This document shows positions 17,786 through 27,276 of a DNA stretch of 64,000 nt, piece by piece; the first letter of the stretch is position 1, and each line of letters opens with the position of its first letter. The notes under the pieces were generated by a model. The model did not search any database. It was not told the DNA's origin and saw only the letters and a list, made by a program, of their open reading frames with translations. The stretch lies in the NCBI GenBank assembly GCA_963706575.1, contig CAVPNL010000001.1, forward strand, positions 320,001-384,000, in the 5' to 3' direction. The stretch comes from an uncultured delta proteobacterium. Lineage in GTDB: Bacteria; Desulfobacterota; Desulfobacteria; Desulfobacterales; JAHEIW01. The position numbers were made by a program, and so were the translations under genes.

Positions 17786-18703
17786 ATGATCGAAGATCGT
17801 ATTGTTTATTTAAACGGCGAGTATATTGCCTGGGAGAATGCCACCGTTCATATCATGAGCCACAGCTTCGGGCGGGGCTCGGCTATTTTTGAAGTGATGA
17901 GTCTGCACAAGACGGCTTCCGGCCCGGCTGTTTTCAGGCTGGAAGCGCATATCGACCGCCTGTTTAAGTCTGCTGAATTTCTGGATATGGAACTGCCCCT
18001 TTCAAAAGAAGCGTTGTGTGGAGCCGTTGCCGAGACCGTAAAACGCAACGGGCTTCAAAAAGGCGTCATCAAACTGATAGGTTTCTATCCTGAATTTGCG
18101 TTTGAAATTTTGCCTCCCCAGAAAATGCTGAGCGTTTCGATTTTTGCCATCGACCCCGAACAGGACCTGGGTGCATTTGGCATTCCGTTTGAAACGGGCA
18201 CAACTGCATATCTGAGCAGTTGGCGCAAGCTGGATCCCCGGACAGTTCCGGTTGAAGCCAAAGCGGCTGCCAACTATCTAAACGGCATGGTTGCCCGCGC
18301 CGAGGCGAAAAAAAACGGTTTCGGACACGCCGTTATGCTTGATACCCGGGGCTTTATTGCCGAAGGCGGAACCGAATCGGTATTTCTGGTTAAAGACAAT
18401 TGCCTGATGACCCCCGCTACCGGAACAGTATTAAAAAGTATCACCCGCATGTCGATTCTCGAAGCCGCCAGGGAAACCGGTATTGAGTGCATTGAAGAAC
18501 AGTTAAAACCTGAGCTGTTGTTTGAAGCCGACGAAATGTTTGTATCCTCCAGCCCCTTCAAAGTTTTGCCTGTAAAACAGATCAATGATCACAAACTCGA
18601 TAATGCGCCCGGGCCGCTAACCCGCAAAATCGCTGAACTGTTGGATGCCATCACCGGCGGTAATGACGATCGCTTCAAAGGATGGTTATATAGGGTGGAG
18701 TGA
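17786..18703 (+). CDS. ilvE: Branched-chain amino acid aminotransferase (class IV PLP)
   Basis: FRLEAHIDRL, AKAAANY, EGGTES, LKSITR, GPLT. Confidence 0.85.
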   Translation: MIEDRIVYLNGEYIAWENATVHIMSHSFGRGSAIFEVMSLHKTASGPAVFRLEAHIDRLFKSAEFLDMELPLSKEALCGAVAETVKRNGLQKGVIKLIGFYPEFAFEILPPQKMLSVSIFAIDPEQDLGAFGIPFETGTTAYLSSWRKLDPRTVPVEAKAAANYLNGMVARAEAKKNGFGHAVMLDTRGFIAEGGTESVFLVKDNCLMTPATGTVLKSITRMSILEAARETGIECIEEQLKPELLFEADEMFVSSSPFKVLPVKQINDHKLDNAPGPLTRKIAELLDAITGGNDDRFKGWLYRVE

Positions 18704-18707
18704 AGAC

Positions 18708-18857
18708 GATTTGGGATTTGGGATTGCGGATTGCGGATTGTTGCTAAGCTTGCTGAGCTGTTAAGTGATAAAGGAACATAGCTTATTATTTTTATAAACA
18801 TGGGATATTTTTACTTGTCAACCCCATTAATTACTCAACTAATCAACCAATTAACCA
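18708..18857. repeat. Intergenic short tandem repeats (GATTTGG/GATTGCG array and degenerate 8-mer arms)
   Basis: gatttgggatttgggattgcggattgcggattg; ttaattactcaactaatcaaccaattaacca. Confidence 0.6.
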
Positions 18858-18866
18858 TACCAGAAT

Positions 18867-19826
18867 ATGAAAACCGATCCAAAAAAAGTTCTTCAGGGAG
18901 ACCAGCTTGCCGGTGGCAGGCTGATCCGGTTGTTGGAAGAGGGTGCCCCTGAAGGTATTGCGGGATTTAAAGCCATATTCTCACACACCGGGAATGCGTT
19001 TATTTTGGGGATTACCGGGCCGCCGGGCTCGGGTAAATCAACCCTGGTGGCGCATCTTATCGCTGAATTCCGGCGGCGGGATCTTAAAGTCGGTGTGGTT
19101 GCGGTGGATCCATCAAGCCCTCTGTCAGGCGGTGCGTTTTTAGGTGACCGGATAAGAATGCGACAGCATACTGAAGACGAAGGGGTTTTCATTCGTTCGA
19201 TGGCGACCCGCGGGCATCTGGGCGGCCTGAGCCGGACCACCCGGGAAACGGTCATGGTGCTGGATGCCATGGGCTATGATGTTGTCATCATCGAAACGGT
19301 GGGCGTCGGGCAGGATGAAGTCGAGATCGCTGATTTTGCACACACCACGGCCATCGTCAGCATAGCGGGATTGGGGGATGATATCCAGACCATGAAAGCC
19401 GGGTTGTTGGAAGTTGGTGATGTGTTCATTGTCAACAAGGCCGACAGACCCGGTGCCGATGATGAAGTCTCTCGCTTAGAGAGTATGCTGGAAATGGGGA
19501 AGGTTCCAGAGGATGGTTGGAAACCGCCGGTCCTTAAAACGGTTGCTGTAAAAGGCGAAGGGATTGCGGAGTTGGTCGATGCCGCCTGGAGCCACCGCCA
19601 GTATCTGATGGATAGTGGCCAATTTAAGGCGCATAACAGCGAGCAGACATTTCGCTTTGTTCGAAGCCTTGTTATGGAAATGGCGGCTGATAAAATTTTC
19701 AAGAAAGCCGAAGATTCTGCTGCCTATCAAACACTTCTCGGCAACTTAGATAAACGCAAAATCGATCCTTTCACCGCCGCTGAAAAACTGATAAAAGGCC
19801 TGCCGCACAAAAAAAATGTTCAATAA
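18867..19826 (+). CDS. meaB: MeaB/ArgK GTPase (cobalamin-mutase chaperone)
   Basis: GITGPPGSGKST, AVDPSSPLSGGAFLGDRIRM, ETVGVGQDE, NKAD. Confidence 0.92.
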   Translation: MKTDPKKVLQGDQLAGGRLIRLLEEGAPEGIAGFKAIFSHTGNAFILGITGPPGSGKSTLVAHLIAEFRRRDLKVGVVAVDPSSPLSGGAFLGDRIRMRQHTEDEGVFIRSMATRGHLGGLSRTTRETVMVLDAMGYDVVIIETVGVGQDEVEIADFAHTTAIVSIAGLGDDIQTMKAGLLEVGDVFIVNKADRPGADDEVSRLESMLEMGKVPEDGWKPPVLKTVAVKGEGIAELVDAAWSHRQYLMDSGQFKAHNSEQTFRFVRSLVMEMAADKIFKKAEDSAAYQTLLGNLDKRKIDPFTAAEKLIKGLPHKKNVQ

Positions 19827-19878
19827 ATAGGTTTTCCGCCGGAGGCGGATCAGGTGTCAGCCAACTGGCAAGTGTCAT

Positions 19879-19958
19879 ATTGGTTTTATTGGTTCGATTC
19901 GTTAAATTGGTTAAGATTAAACGAATAAAACCAATTAGACCAATTAAACCAATTCAAC
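19879..19958. repeat. Intergenic tandem-repeat hairpin, 9-mer ATTGGTTNN / AACCAATNN (same family as 10531-10621)
   Basis: attggtttt attggttcg attcgttaa attggtt ... aacgaataa aaccaatta gaccaatta aaccaattc aac. Confidence 0.85.
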
Positions 19959-19959
19959 G

Positions 19960-20592
19960 TTAATCGGTTTTACCCCCTGCCTGCAGATTTTGTATTTCTT
20001 GCACGATTTCACGGCTCAGCTGGGCGATAGCCCGACTGTGGGCCGCTACCAGGGCTGCGTAGTCCGGCTCTGGCGATAACGGCTCGTTAATAACAGACTT
20101 TCGCTTGGTGTGCGTTTGTTGGCTCTGCTGGCTCGACACGCTCCAGGTCGCTTCCAAAAGAACATCTTTGCCCCATTGTCCCTCAAAGTACCCGATTTTC
20201 AGTGCAATTCTATAGCGTGGCGTGAAATCCGTTTGCCAGGGATACACAGCCACCTGATCTGTAGCGAGCAGCAAAGAGATGTTTTCCGCCAATACCTGGG
20301 CGAAACTTTGGTCCAGACGGCCGGCCCAGCGGTTGAACTCATCTACGTTTAGCTTATTCGGACCGCTGCGGGTAACGATCTGGGGACGATCGAGAATTTC
20401 AGGAATTTCCACCGGACCGACGCCGATGGAAAGCTTCTGATCGCTTTGAGTGGTATTTACCTGACCTTGAATGCCGCTAAGGGGATTTAAGGTGTAGAAT
20501 TCTACCCTTGGGCTGCTGCTACATCCAGTAAGCAAGAGGGTGGTAAACGTAATCACAAGCGTGACTGTCTTAAGAAATCCAATGCGCATCAT
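19960..20592 (-). CDS. pqiC: PqiC lipoprotein (MCE system)
   Basis: Lipobox LTGC, GPVEIPEILDRPQIV, RWAGRL. Confidence 0.9.
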   Translation of the reverse strand: MMRIGFLKTVTLVITFTTLLLTGCSSSPRVEFYTLNPLSGIQGQVNTTQSDQKLSIGVGPVEIPEILDRPQIVTRSGPNKLNVDEFNRWAGRLDQSFAQVLAENISLLLATDQVAVYPWQTDFTPRYRIALKIGYFEGQWGKDVLLEATWSVSSQQSQQTHTKRKSVINEPLSPEPDYAALVAAHSRAIAQLSREIVQEIQNLQAGGKTD

Positions 20593-22265
20593 TTTGCTTT
20601 TCCTTTCCCATAGATGAGGGCTTCCGGATGTCGTTCCAGATAATCGGTCAGAATACGAACGGCACGCGCTGCCTCACCCAATTCCTTGATCGCCTGTCTC
20701 ATTTCGTGCTGCAGGGGTGAATCCTGACCCAGCGTCCCCTCGACCGAAACCAGGGTTTTCTGGGCCTGGTCTAAAGTCGAATTGATCGCCGGGGCAACAT
20801 TTGAATCTAAATTTTGCACCAGTTGCCGGGTTTGTTGAAGGGTTTGATTCAGGGCCTGAACGGCTTGCAGCAGTTCTTTGGATTCTGACAGCCGTTTGAC
20901 GTTTTGAAGGGTATCCCCCAAGTCTTTGCCGATCTGCTCTATCGGCATCGTTTCGATTTTGCTTAAAAGATCATTGACTCTGGCAGTAATAATCTGCAGC
21001 GGCGCTGGAATCGTGGGCAGCTCTGGAAATTTTTCTCCATATTTTAATTCTGCCTTCGGTGCATCAGGATAAAAATCGACATTCACGAAAAGCTGGCCCG
21101 TCAGCAAACTCCCGGTTTTCAACTGAGCTCTGAGTCCTTTGGCGACAAGCTTTCCGAGTTGGTCCTTGGGGGTATCGTCTGCCTTTCCTTCTCGAGCTGT
21201 GCCGATAACCTTCCACCGTTGGGGCTCGGTTTCAACCAACACCGTAATCCGGGGGGAAGCCTTTTCCAGGTCAAATTCCGACTTGATGTCGACAACCTGA
21301 CCGATCTTGATACCCCTGAATTCCACCGGTGCGCCGACGGTCAGGCCTCGGATCGACTCGTTAAAATGCAAGATGTAATGGACTTTTTCCGTATATGTTC
21401 TTTCAAAGATACTTGCGCGGGTTTCGTAGAGTCTGAATATATGACCCTCTTGAGCCGGACCACCGACTTCAAGACTGGTGGGGGTGTCAAAAGCGATGCC
21501 GCCCATCATAATCGACACCATGGATTCGGTATTGAGCGTAAGGCCGCTGGCATCGAGTTTCAAATCAAATCCGCTGGCATTCCAGAAGCGCGTGTTCTTG
21601 CGCACAAGCTTGTCATGGGGCGCATTGATAAAAATCTTGATTCTCAGAGATTGTCCCTCGTCTTCCAATTCATAACCAATTACCTGGCCCACCTGTATCT
21701 GTCGGTAATAGACCGGAGCGCCGATATCCAGTGAGCCGAGTGCAGCTGCCCTCAGAAGAAAATCGCGGCCCGGCATCCCGGTGGTTACAACCGGGGGTAT
21801 CTCGAGCCCTTTGAACCTTTTCGCCTCCTTACCCTCTTTTCCCGGGTCCATACCGATATAGGCACCCGAAAAAAGGGTTCCCAACCCGGAGACGCCACTG
21901 GCGGTCACCCGCGGGCGCACCACCCAGAATCGCGTGTTTTCGGTCAGGTAGGGCGCGGCTTCCTTTACCAGTTCGACCCCGACAATCACCCGGGACAAAT
22001 CCTCGTTGAAGCGGATGGTTTGCACCTCTCCAATTTGTACATCCTTATACTTCACCTGGGTTTTACCGGCTTCCAGCCCTTCTGCGGATTCAAAGGTGAT
22101 GGTCACCATCGGTCCCTTTTCCGACAGGCCTTTATATGCCAGCCATCCGCCAATCAATACGGCGACGATAGGGATCAGCCAGACAATAGAAATCTGTTTC
22201 TTACTCTGAACATCCGCTTGCGGTAAATCCGATAAGTCCGGTTCAAGGTTGTTTTCGGCGTTCAT
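20589..22265 (-). CDS. pqiB: PqiB multi-MCE intermembrane transport protein
   Basis: VWLIPIVA TM, three MCE repeats (AEGLEAGKT, GSLDIGAPVYYR, RGLTVGAPVEFRG), C-terminal PEALIYGK. Confidence 0.93.
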   Translation of the reverse strand: MNAENNLEPDLSDLPQADVQSKKQISIVWLIPIVAVLIGGWLAYKGLSEKGPMVTITFESAEGLEAGKTQVKYKDVQIGEVQTIRFNEDLSRVIVGVELVKEAAPYLTENTRFWVVRPRVTASGVSGLGTLFSGAYIGMDPGKEGKEAKRFKGLEIPPVVTTGMPGRDFLLRAAALGSLDIGAPVYYRQIQVGQVIGYELEDEGQSLRIKIFINAPHDKLVRKNTRFWNASGFDLKLDASGLTLNTESMVSIMMGGIAFDTPTSLEVGGPAQEGHIFRLYETRASIFERTYTEKVHYILHFNESIRGLTVGAPVEFRGIKIGQVVDIKSEFDLEKASPRITVLVETEPQRWKVIGTAREGKADDTPKDQLGKLVAKGLRAQLKTGSLLTGQLFVNVDFYPDAPKAELKYGEKFPELPTIPAPLQIITARVNDLLSKIETMPIEQIGKDLGDTLQNVKRLSESKELLQAVQALNQTLQQTRQLVQNLDSNVAPAINSTLDQAQKTLVSVEGTLGQDSPLQHEMRQAIKELGEAARAVRILTDYLERHPEALIYGKGKAK

Positions 22266-22896
22266 TATTAGGCTCCTGTGAATCCCAGATCAGTCTGGGG
22301 TCAAAGCTCATGGCGGCAAAAATGGTGATGATCACCACACCGGCAAAGAAAATGGCGCCGGGGCCGGCCTCGATCGTTGCCAGTGAACCCAGTCTGACCA
22401 GGGCGACTAAAATGGTTACCACGTAGATATCGGTCATCGACCAGCGGCCGATCGCTTCGGTAATGCGGTAAAGCCGCGTGCGATCCTTTGGTCGCCACTG
22501 GGATTTACGCTGGACCGAAATCAATAAAAAGGAGAGCAGAAAAAGCTTCAGCAACGGGACGAAAACACTGGCCACAAAAATCACCAGCGCAATCGGCCAG
22601 CTGCCGGATTTCACAAAATAAATGACACCGCTCATGATGGTATCCGCCTGGGCTTTGCCAAAGGATATCACATTGGTAATCGGCAGCACATTGGCCGGGA
22701 TGTAAAAGATGAAGGCTGCAATCACCAGCGCCCAGGTGCGAGCGATGCTGTTGGGCTTGCGGGAGTGCAAGCGCGCACCGCAACGCGGGCAAGACACAGC
22801 AAGACCTTTAGCGGCGGGCGCAGCTTTGCAAAGCAGATGGCAGCTGTGGCAACTGATCAATGAAGCGTTCAGGGCTGTAATTGGTGATGGTTTCAC
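22243..22896 (-). CDS. pqiA: PqiA, C-terminal-half protein
   Basis: CHSC...CPRC, PANVLP, GRWSMTDIYVV, FDPRLIWD. Confidence 0.92.
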   Translation of the reverse strand: MKPSPITALNASLISCHSCHLLCKAAPAAKGLAVSCPRCGARLHSRKPNSIARTWALVIAAFIFYIPANVLPITNVISFGKAQADTIMSGVIYFVKSGSWPIALVIFVASVFVPLLKLFLLSFLLISVQRKSQWRPKDRTRLYRITEAIGRWSMTDIYVVTILVALVRLGSLATIEAGPGAIFFAGVVIITIFAAMSFDPRLIWDSQEPNNERRKQP

Positions 22897-22901
22897 GGGC
22901 C

Positions 22902-23495
22902 TTAATCCAATTGTTTCCAGACGATATGTGGGTCAAGCGCAGCGGCTGATGCCGCAAGTATAAAAATAAGGACCATAAAAGCATAAAGGGCTGTGCCCGG
23001 AATGATGCTGGCCATTTTGACAAGCTTTACGACGGCCACCAGGATGCCGATCATAAAGACTTCCATCATTCCCCAGGGCCGAAAGCTGCGAGTCGCGCGG
23101 AAGAGCAAGGCAAGCTTCCAGGGTCGCCGCCGCAATTTTAAGGGTACCAGAATAAACAGCATTCCCGTGAGCTCAAGCAACGGCATCACAATGGTCGTCA
23201 ACAGCACCACTCCCGCCACGATCCACATGCCTTGCTGGTAGAGTTCCTTAACTCCGGTAATGAGATTGGTTTGCTGTATCTGAGCTTCCAACCGGAATGT
23301 CAGAAAGGGGTACACATTGGCGATAATGAAAAGAATCAGTCCGGCCACCGTCAATGACAGCACGCGGTCCAGGCTATTTCGTTTGCGCCGGTACAGCATG
23401 GCCCCGCAGCGGATACATCTGGCCGTTCCATCAGGGGGTAAGGGCCGGCGCTGATGCAGCAAATCACATTCATGACAGGCGATTACGGATTCCAT
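22902..23495 (-). CDS. pqiA: PqiA, N-terminal-half protein
   Basis: CHECD...CIRC, ANVYPF, PWGMMEVF. Confidence 0.92.
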   Translation of the reverse strand: MESVIACHECDLLHQRRPLPPDGTARCIRCGAMLYRRKRNSLDRVLSLTVAGLILFIIANVYPFLTFRLEAQIQQTNLITGVKELYQQGMWIVAGVVLLTTIVMPLLELTGMLFILVPLKLRRRPWKLALLFRATRSFRPWGMMEVFMIGILVAVVKLVKMASIIPGTALYAFMVLIFILAASAAALDPHIVWKQLD

Positions 23496-23669
23496 CGGTT
23501 TTCCTTATCTGAAAATGCAGGGGTTGAGCCAACACTGTTTTTATTTTGTTTTGCAGATTTTTCAGATGCCCTGAATTTCTGATAATCGTTTCATAACACA
23601 GATTTAACCAATTAGCGAACACTTTGAATTTGTTAAGGCCAAAAAAATATTAAGTATTTCAGATAGCGC

Positions 23670-23698
23670 TTGACACCCTAATATCATATGTATACATA
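23670..23698 (+). promoter_or_regulatory. gntR promoter (TTGACA) with palindrome TATGTATACATA
   Basis: Perfect 12-bp palindrome at 23687-23698; GTATAC core shared with 28510 and 28641. Confidence 0.6.
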
Positions 23699-23758
23699 AA
23701 GTATTCAAAGAGTGCTCCAGAGGTATTTTTTTGGAAGTCGTCGGAAAAAGGATATGCC

Positions 23759-24469
23759 ATGCAGATTTTTACCCCTGTCGAAAAAGTAGAAATTTCTTTA
23801 ACCGATCAAGTCTACCGTAATCTTCGCCATGGAATTATTACCGGTGCCATCGGGGGCGGGACGCGGCTGGTTGAAACCGCGCTGGCTTCAGAGATGAACG
23901 TCAGCCGAACGCCGGTAAGGGAAGCATTGCACAAACTTGCCCTGGAAGGATTTCTATATTCCATCCCCAGGGCGGGTTATATTGTTGAAGAAACCTCCGA
24001 AACCGATATCAAGGATCTGTTTACGACCCGCACAGCAATTGAGAAAATCGCCGTAAAATGGGCCATCGAAAAAATTACGCCTGAAGAGCTTGAGCGGCTC
24101 GAAATGAATTTACAAAAAACGGACGACATACTGAAAAGCGGTGCAACCGAATCGATGATGGACCTGGATGCTGAATTTCATCAGATTATTTATCGGGCAG
24201 CCCGCAGTAAAACATTGTATAAAATCAGCCAAACCCTGAGTGATCACACGCTTCGATTCCGGTTGGCCTGCATCCATGTACCCGAACTTGCCCAGAGAGC
24301 CAGACAGGGACATTTGAAGATTTTCCAGGCCATCCAGGCCAAGGATTCGGCTACGGCAGAAGAGATGATTGAAGATCATCTGGATACGGTCACAAACGAC
24401 ATCCTTAATCACCTGGAAAAAATGCGCCAGAATGCGTTCATTGGAGATCAAGGTGATATTAGTGTTTGA
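23759..24469 (+). CDS. GntR family (FCD-domain) transcriptional regulator
   Basis: LASEMNVSRTPVREAL HTH; FCD motifs DAEFHQ and HLKIFQAI. Confidence 0.92.
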   Translation: MQIFTPVEKVEISLTDQVYRNLRHGIITGAIGGGTRLVETALASEMNVSRTPVREALHKLALEGFLYSIPRAGYIVEETSETDIKDLFTTRTAIEKIAVKWAIEKITPEELERLEMNLQKTDDILKSGATESMMDLDAEFHQIIYRAARSKTLYKISQTLSDHTLRFRLACIHVPELAQRARQGHLKIFQAIQAKDSATAEEMIEDHLDTVTNDILNHLEKMRQNAFIGDQGDISV

Positions 24470-25316
24470 TTTGTCCCAGTAAGGCCTGATTCAATGGGCT
24501 TTTTGCGCGCGCTATCTCGTTGACCACAGAATAATGATGGAACCCGGCCATATGAATGATGTCTACGGGAAATCCTTTCGATCGCCAGCTTTTGGCGAAG
24601 ATCTGAGTTTGTCGATGGAACTCATCGGTTTCTAATTCCCCCACCGCTAAAATCAAGGGTATCGGTTTATCCGGAAGATTGTAAAGAGGGCTGTTACGTT
24701 TGCTAACCGTCACATCCATACCCAGTACGTCGTTCAGGTAGCAAAGCCGAATGGGCTCCAGGTCAAATATGCCGCTGACAGCGCAGATGCCATTAATCAA
24801 ATGAGGCGGAAGCGCCTGATCGAAACTTGCCCAGTCCGTTGCCGCGAGCAGAACGGCAAGATGCCCTCCGGCTGAATGACCGCAGACGTAAATTCTGTCC
24901 GGGTCATATCCAAAGTTATTTCCCTGGTGCCAGATCCAGGCCAGCGCTTTATGATTTTGCCTTACGATTTCATCCATATTCACATCGGGCGCCAGGCCAT
25001 AGTTGACAACAGCCGTGGCAACGCCGGCCTTTACAAATCCATCGGCGATGTGGCTGAATTGGTTTTTATCAAGGCCTTGCCAGTATCCGCCGTGGATAAA
25101 AACCAAAAGCGGGGCATTCGGCTGGCCGGAAAAGAAAATATCCATCGTTTCTAAAGGATGACTTCCATAGGCGACATTCAGTTCACCTGGTAGCTCACGG
25201 CGAGTCTGTTGACTGCGACGATCCCACTCTTCAAAGTAGGCTGGATATTCTTTAACTGCTGTGCGCAGATTGTACTGTGCATCCAGCCCGATTTTGTCAT
25301 AGCCCAGAAAATGCAT
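24459..25316 (-). CDS. Alpha/beta hydrolase, arylformamidase/kynurenine-formamidase-like
   Basis: HGGYWQ, GHSAGGHL, SGIFDLEP. Confidence 0.8.
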   Translation of the reverse strand: MHFLGYDKIGLDAQYNLRTAVKEYPAYFEEWDRRSQQTRRELPGELNVAYGSHPLETMDIFFSGQPNAPLLVFIHGGYWQGLDKNQFSHIADGFVKAGVATAVVNYGLAPDVNMDEIVRQNHKALAWIWHQGNNFGYDPDRIYVCGHSAGGHLAVLLAATDWASFDQALPPHLINGICAVSGIFDLEPIRLCYLNDVLGMDVTVSKRNSPLYNLPDKPIPLILAVGELETDEFHRQTQIFAKSWRSKGFPVDIIHMAGFHHYSVVNEIARAKSPLNQALLGQIKH

Positions 25317-25351
25317 ATCCCTTACCGGTTGTTAAAGATACTCAGAAGCTA

Positions 25352-26665
25352 TCATAACATAATGGATGGCAGCCAGGTCGCCAAGCCTGGAAAAATAACC
25401 AGCAGCACGATTGCGATCAGATCCAGAATAATAAAAGGCATTGCAGCGCCGTATATTTGCTGGATGGGTGTCTTTGGCGGCGCTACGCCTTTCATGACAT
25501 AGAGCAGCAAACCAAACGGCGGTGTTGTAAAACTGACCTCCATCACTAACAACATCAGAACACCGAGCCAGGGCAGGTCTATACCCTGGGTCTTGGCCAG
25601 GGGTATAAAAAATGGAACAGTGATCATCAGCATGCTCACCTGGTCCATAAATGCTCCCAGAAACAGAAGAACCAGCAGCATGACAAGCAGGACGGTAAGC
25701 GGCGACAGGTCAAATTGGTTCACCGTACTTAAAAGTCCGTTGGTGGCTCCGGAAAATGCCAGAATCTGAGAAAATGTAATCGAAGCACAAATGATAAAGA
25801 GTATCATTACCGAAACTTTGGCTGTTTCCCGAAAAGCGACCACCAAATCCCTGATACGCAATTCACGGTAAAGCGCCACCACCGCAATTGAAGCAACACA
25901 TCCCAGCGCCGCGGACTCGGTGGGGGTGGCGATGCCATATATGATGCTGCCGACAACCACGATGAAAATAATAAACAGCGGCATAACATAAATCAGAAAA
26001 GGGCGGATTCGATCCCAGAGCGAAAGATGCGTCACGTCGTACGCTGGGGCTAAGGACGGATTGACAAAGCAGCGTGTCATAACATAACCTAAATAAAGGG
26101 TACTCATGATAAGGCCGGGGATGATGGCCGCAATCAGAAGGGTGGCGATGGAGATATTTGCCAGGCTGCCCAGGAGCACTGCCAGCGCTGAAGGCGGAAT
26201 TAGCATGGCAATACCGCCGGTTGCCATTATCGGTCCCATGGCCATGGATGGATGGTATCCGCGTTTGAGCATGTCGGGCAGCAATACGCTTCCAAGGATA
26301 GCCGTATTGGCAATTGTCGATCCGGAAAGAGACGAAAATACCGTACCGCCGACCAGCGACACCAGACACAAACGCCCGGGCACCTTGCTGATCAGTTTGT
26401 CGATGGCATCGATGGCCTTGAAGGCGACGCCGGTATGAAACAATATTTCCCCCATCAACAAGAACAGGCAGATGGGAACGAGGGTAAAGCTGGTAATTGA
26501 AGCCATGGCGTTGCGGGCCAGTTGATTTAATCCGGCTTCACCCCCCAGAAACACAATGGCCCCGATCACATTGACGCCGAAAAACGCAAATGCAACCGGC
26601 ATTCCAGAAGCCATGAACAAACACAAAAGGCCCAGCAACAGAATCAGCGCTAATGTCCATTCCAT
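25352..26665 (-). CDS. dctM: TRAP transporter large permease
   Basis: Polytopic membrane protein; LIPPS, ATPTES, TPPFG. Confidence 0.93.
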   Translation of the reverse strand: MEWTLALILLLGLLCLFMASGMPVAFAFFGVNVIGAIVFLGGEAGLNQLARNAMASITSFTLVPICLFLLMGEILFHTGVAFKAIDAIDKLISKVPGRLCLVSLVGGTVFSSLSGSTIANTAILGSVLLPDMLKRGYHPSMAMGPIMATGGIAMLIPPSALAVLLGSLANISIATLLIAAIIPGLIMSTLYLGYVMTRCFVNPSLAPAYDVTHLSLWDRIRPFLIYVMPLFIIFIVVVGSIIYGIATPTESAALGCVASIAVVALYRELRIRDLVVAFRETAKVSVMILFIICASITFSQILAFSGATNGLLSTVNQFDLSPLTVLLVMLLVLLFLGAFMDQVSMLMITVPFFIPLAKTQGIDLPWLGVLMLLVMEVSFTTPPFGLLLYVMKGVAPPKTPIQQIYGAAMPFIILDLIAIVLLVIFPGLATWLPSIML

Positions 26666-26668
26666 GGC

Positions 26669-27193
26669 TTAATGATTTCCTTTGATGGGGGCATTGCCCG
26701 CAGCCTTCGCCGGATCCCAGCCGAAGCGGCGCAAGATACGGCATAAAAATTCCATCGTCAGCAACAGACCCGTTACGGGAATTATGGCAAATAGCCACCA
26801 TTCCGGTACAATTAGCTGTTTAATGATCAGTGAATGCAACCGGATGGCCTCTATTGCTGTTCTGGCACCGTAGTAAAGCAAAAACAGACAGATGAATAGC
26901 GCTATGCAATCGGCAATTACCGTGGTAATCCGTCCGGCCCGTGATGGAAGCAGGCGGACCACCAGATCGACACGCGTATGGCCATCTTGGTGCATGACCC
27001 AGGGGGCTGCTAAAAAAGTGGCGAGAAATAAAATGTATTCAGAAATCTCTACCACCCAGGGGAGGTTGGCGAGTTTAAGGTTGCGTAAAATGACATCTGA
27101 TGATACCGCCGCCGCCATCAGAAATATGGCCAGGCAACCGATGATTAATCCAGCGGTCAGCGCTTTTTCATACCATGCGTAAATCTTCTGCAT
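26669..27193 (-). CDS. dctQ: TRAP transporter small permease
   Basis: 4 TM segments, HTRVDL. Confidence 0.9.
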   Translation of the reverse strand: MQKIYAWYEKALTAGLIIGCLAIFLMAAAVSSDVILRNLKLANLPWVVEISEYILFLATFLAAPWVMHQDGHTRVDLVVRLLPSRAGRITTVIADCIALFICLFLLYYGARTAIEAIRLHSLIIKQLIVPEWWLFAIIPVTGLLLTMEFLCRILRRFGWDPAKAAGNAPIKGNH

Positions 27194-27226
27194 TAAAGTT
27201 GCCTGTTGGTCTAGAAAAAATAAACG

Positions 27227-27252
27227 AGGAGAGGCAATAATTTGCCTCTCCT
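27227..27252 (-). terminator. Hairpin between dctP and dctQ (attenuator or mRNA stabiliser)
   Basis: AGGAGAGGCAA-TAAT-TTGCCTCTCCT, with a T-rich tail on the minus strand. Confidence 0.6.
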
Positions 27253-27276
27253 GATTTCTAATGATTTACAAGGTGG

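Noticed and set aside
538..19958. Intergenic repeats as CRISPR arrays
   Set aside because: Units are 6-9 bp without unique spacers, and no cas genes are present.
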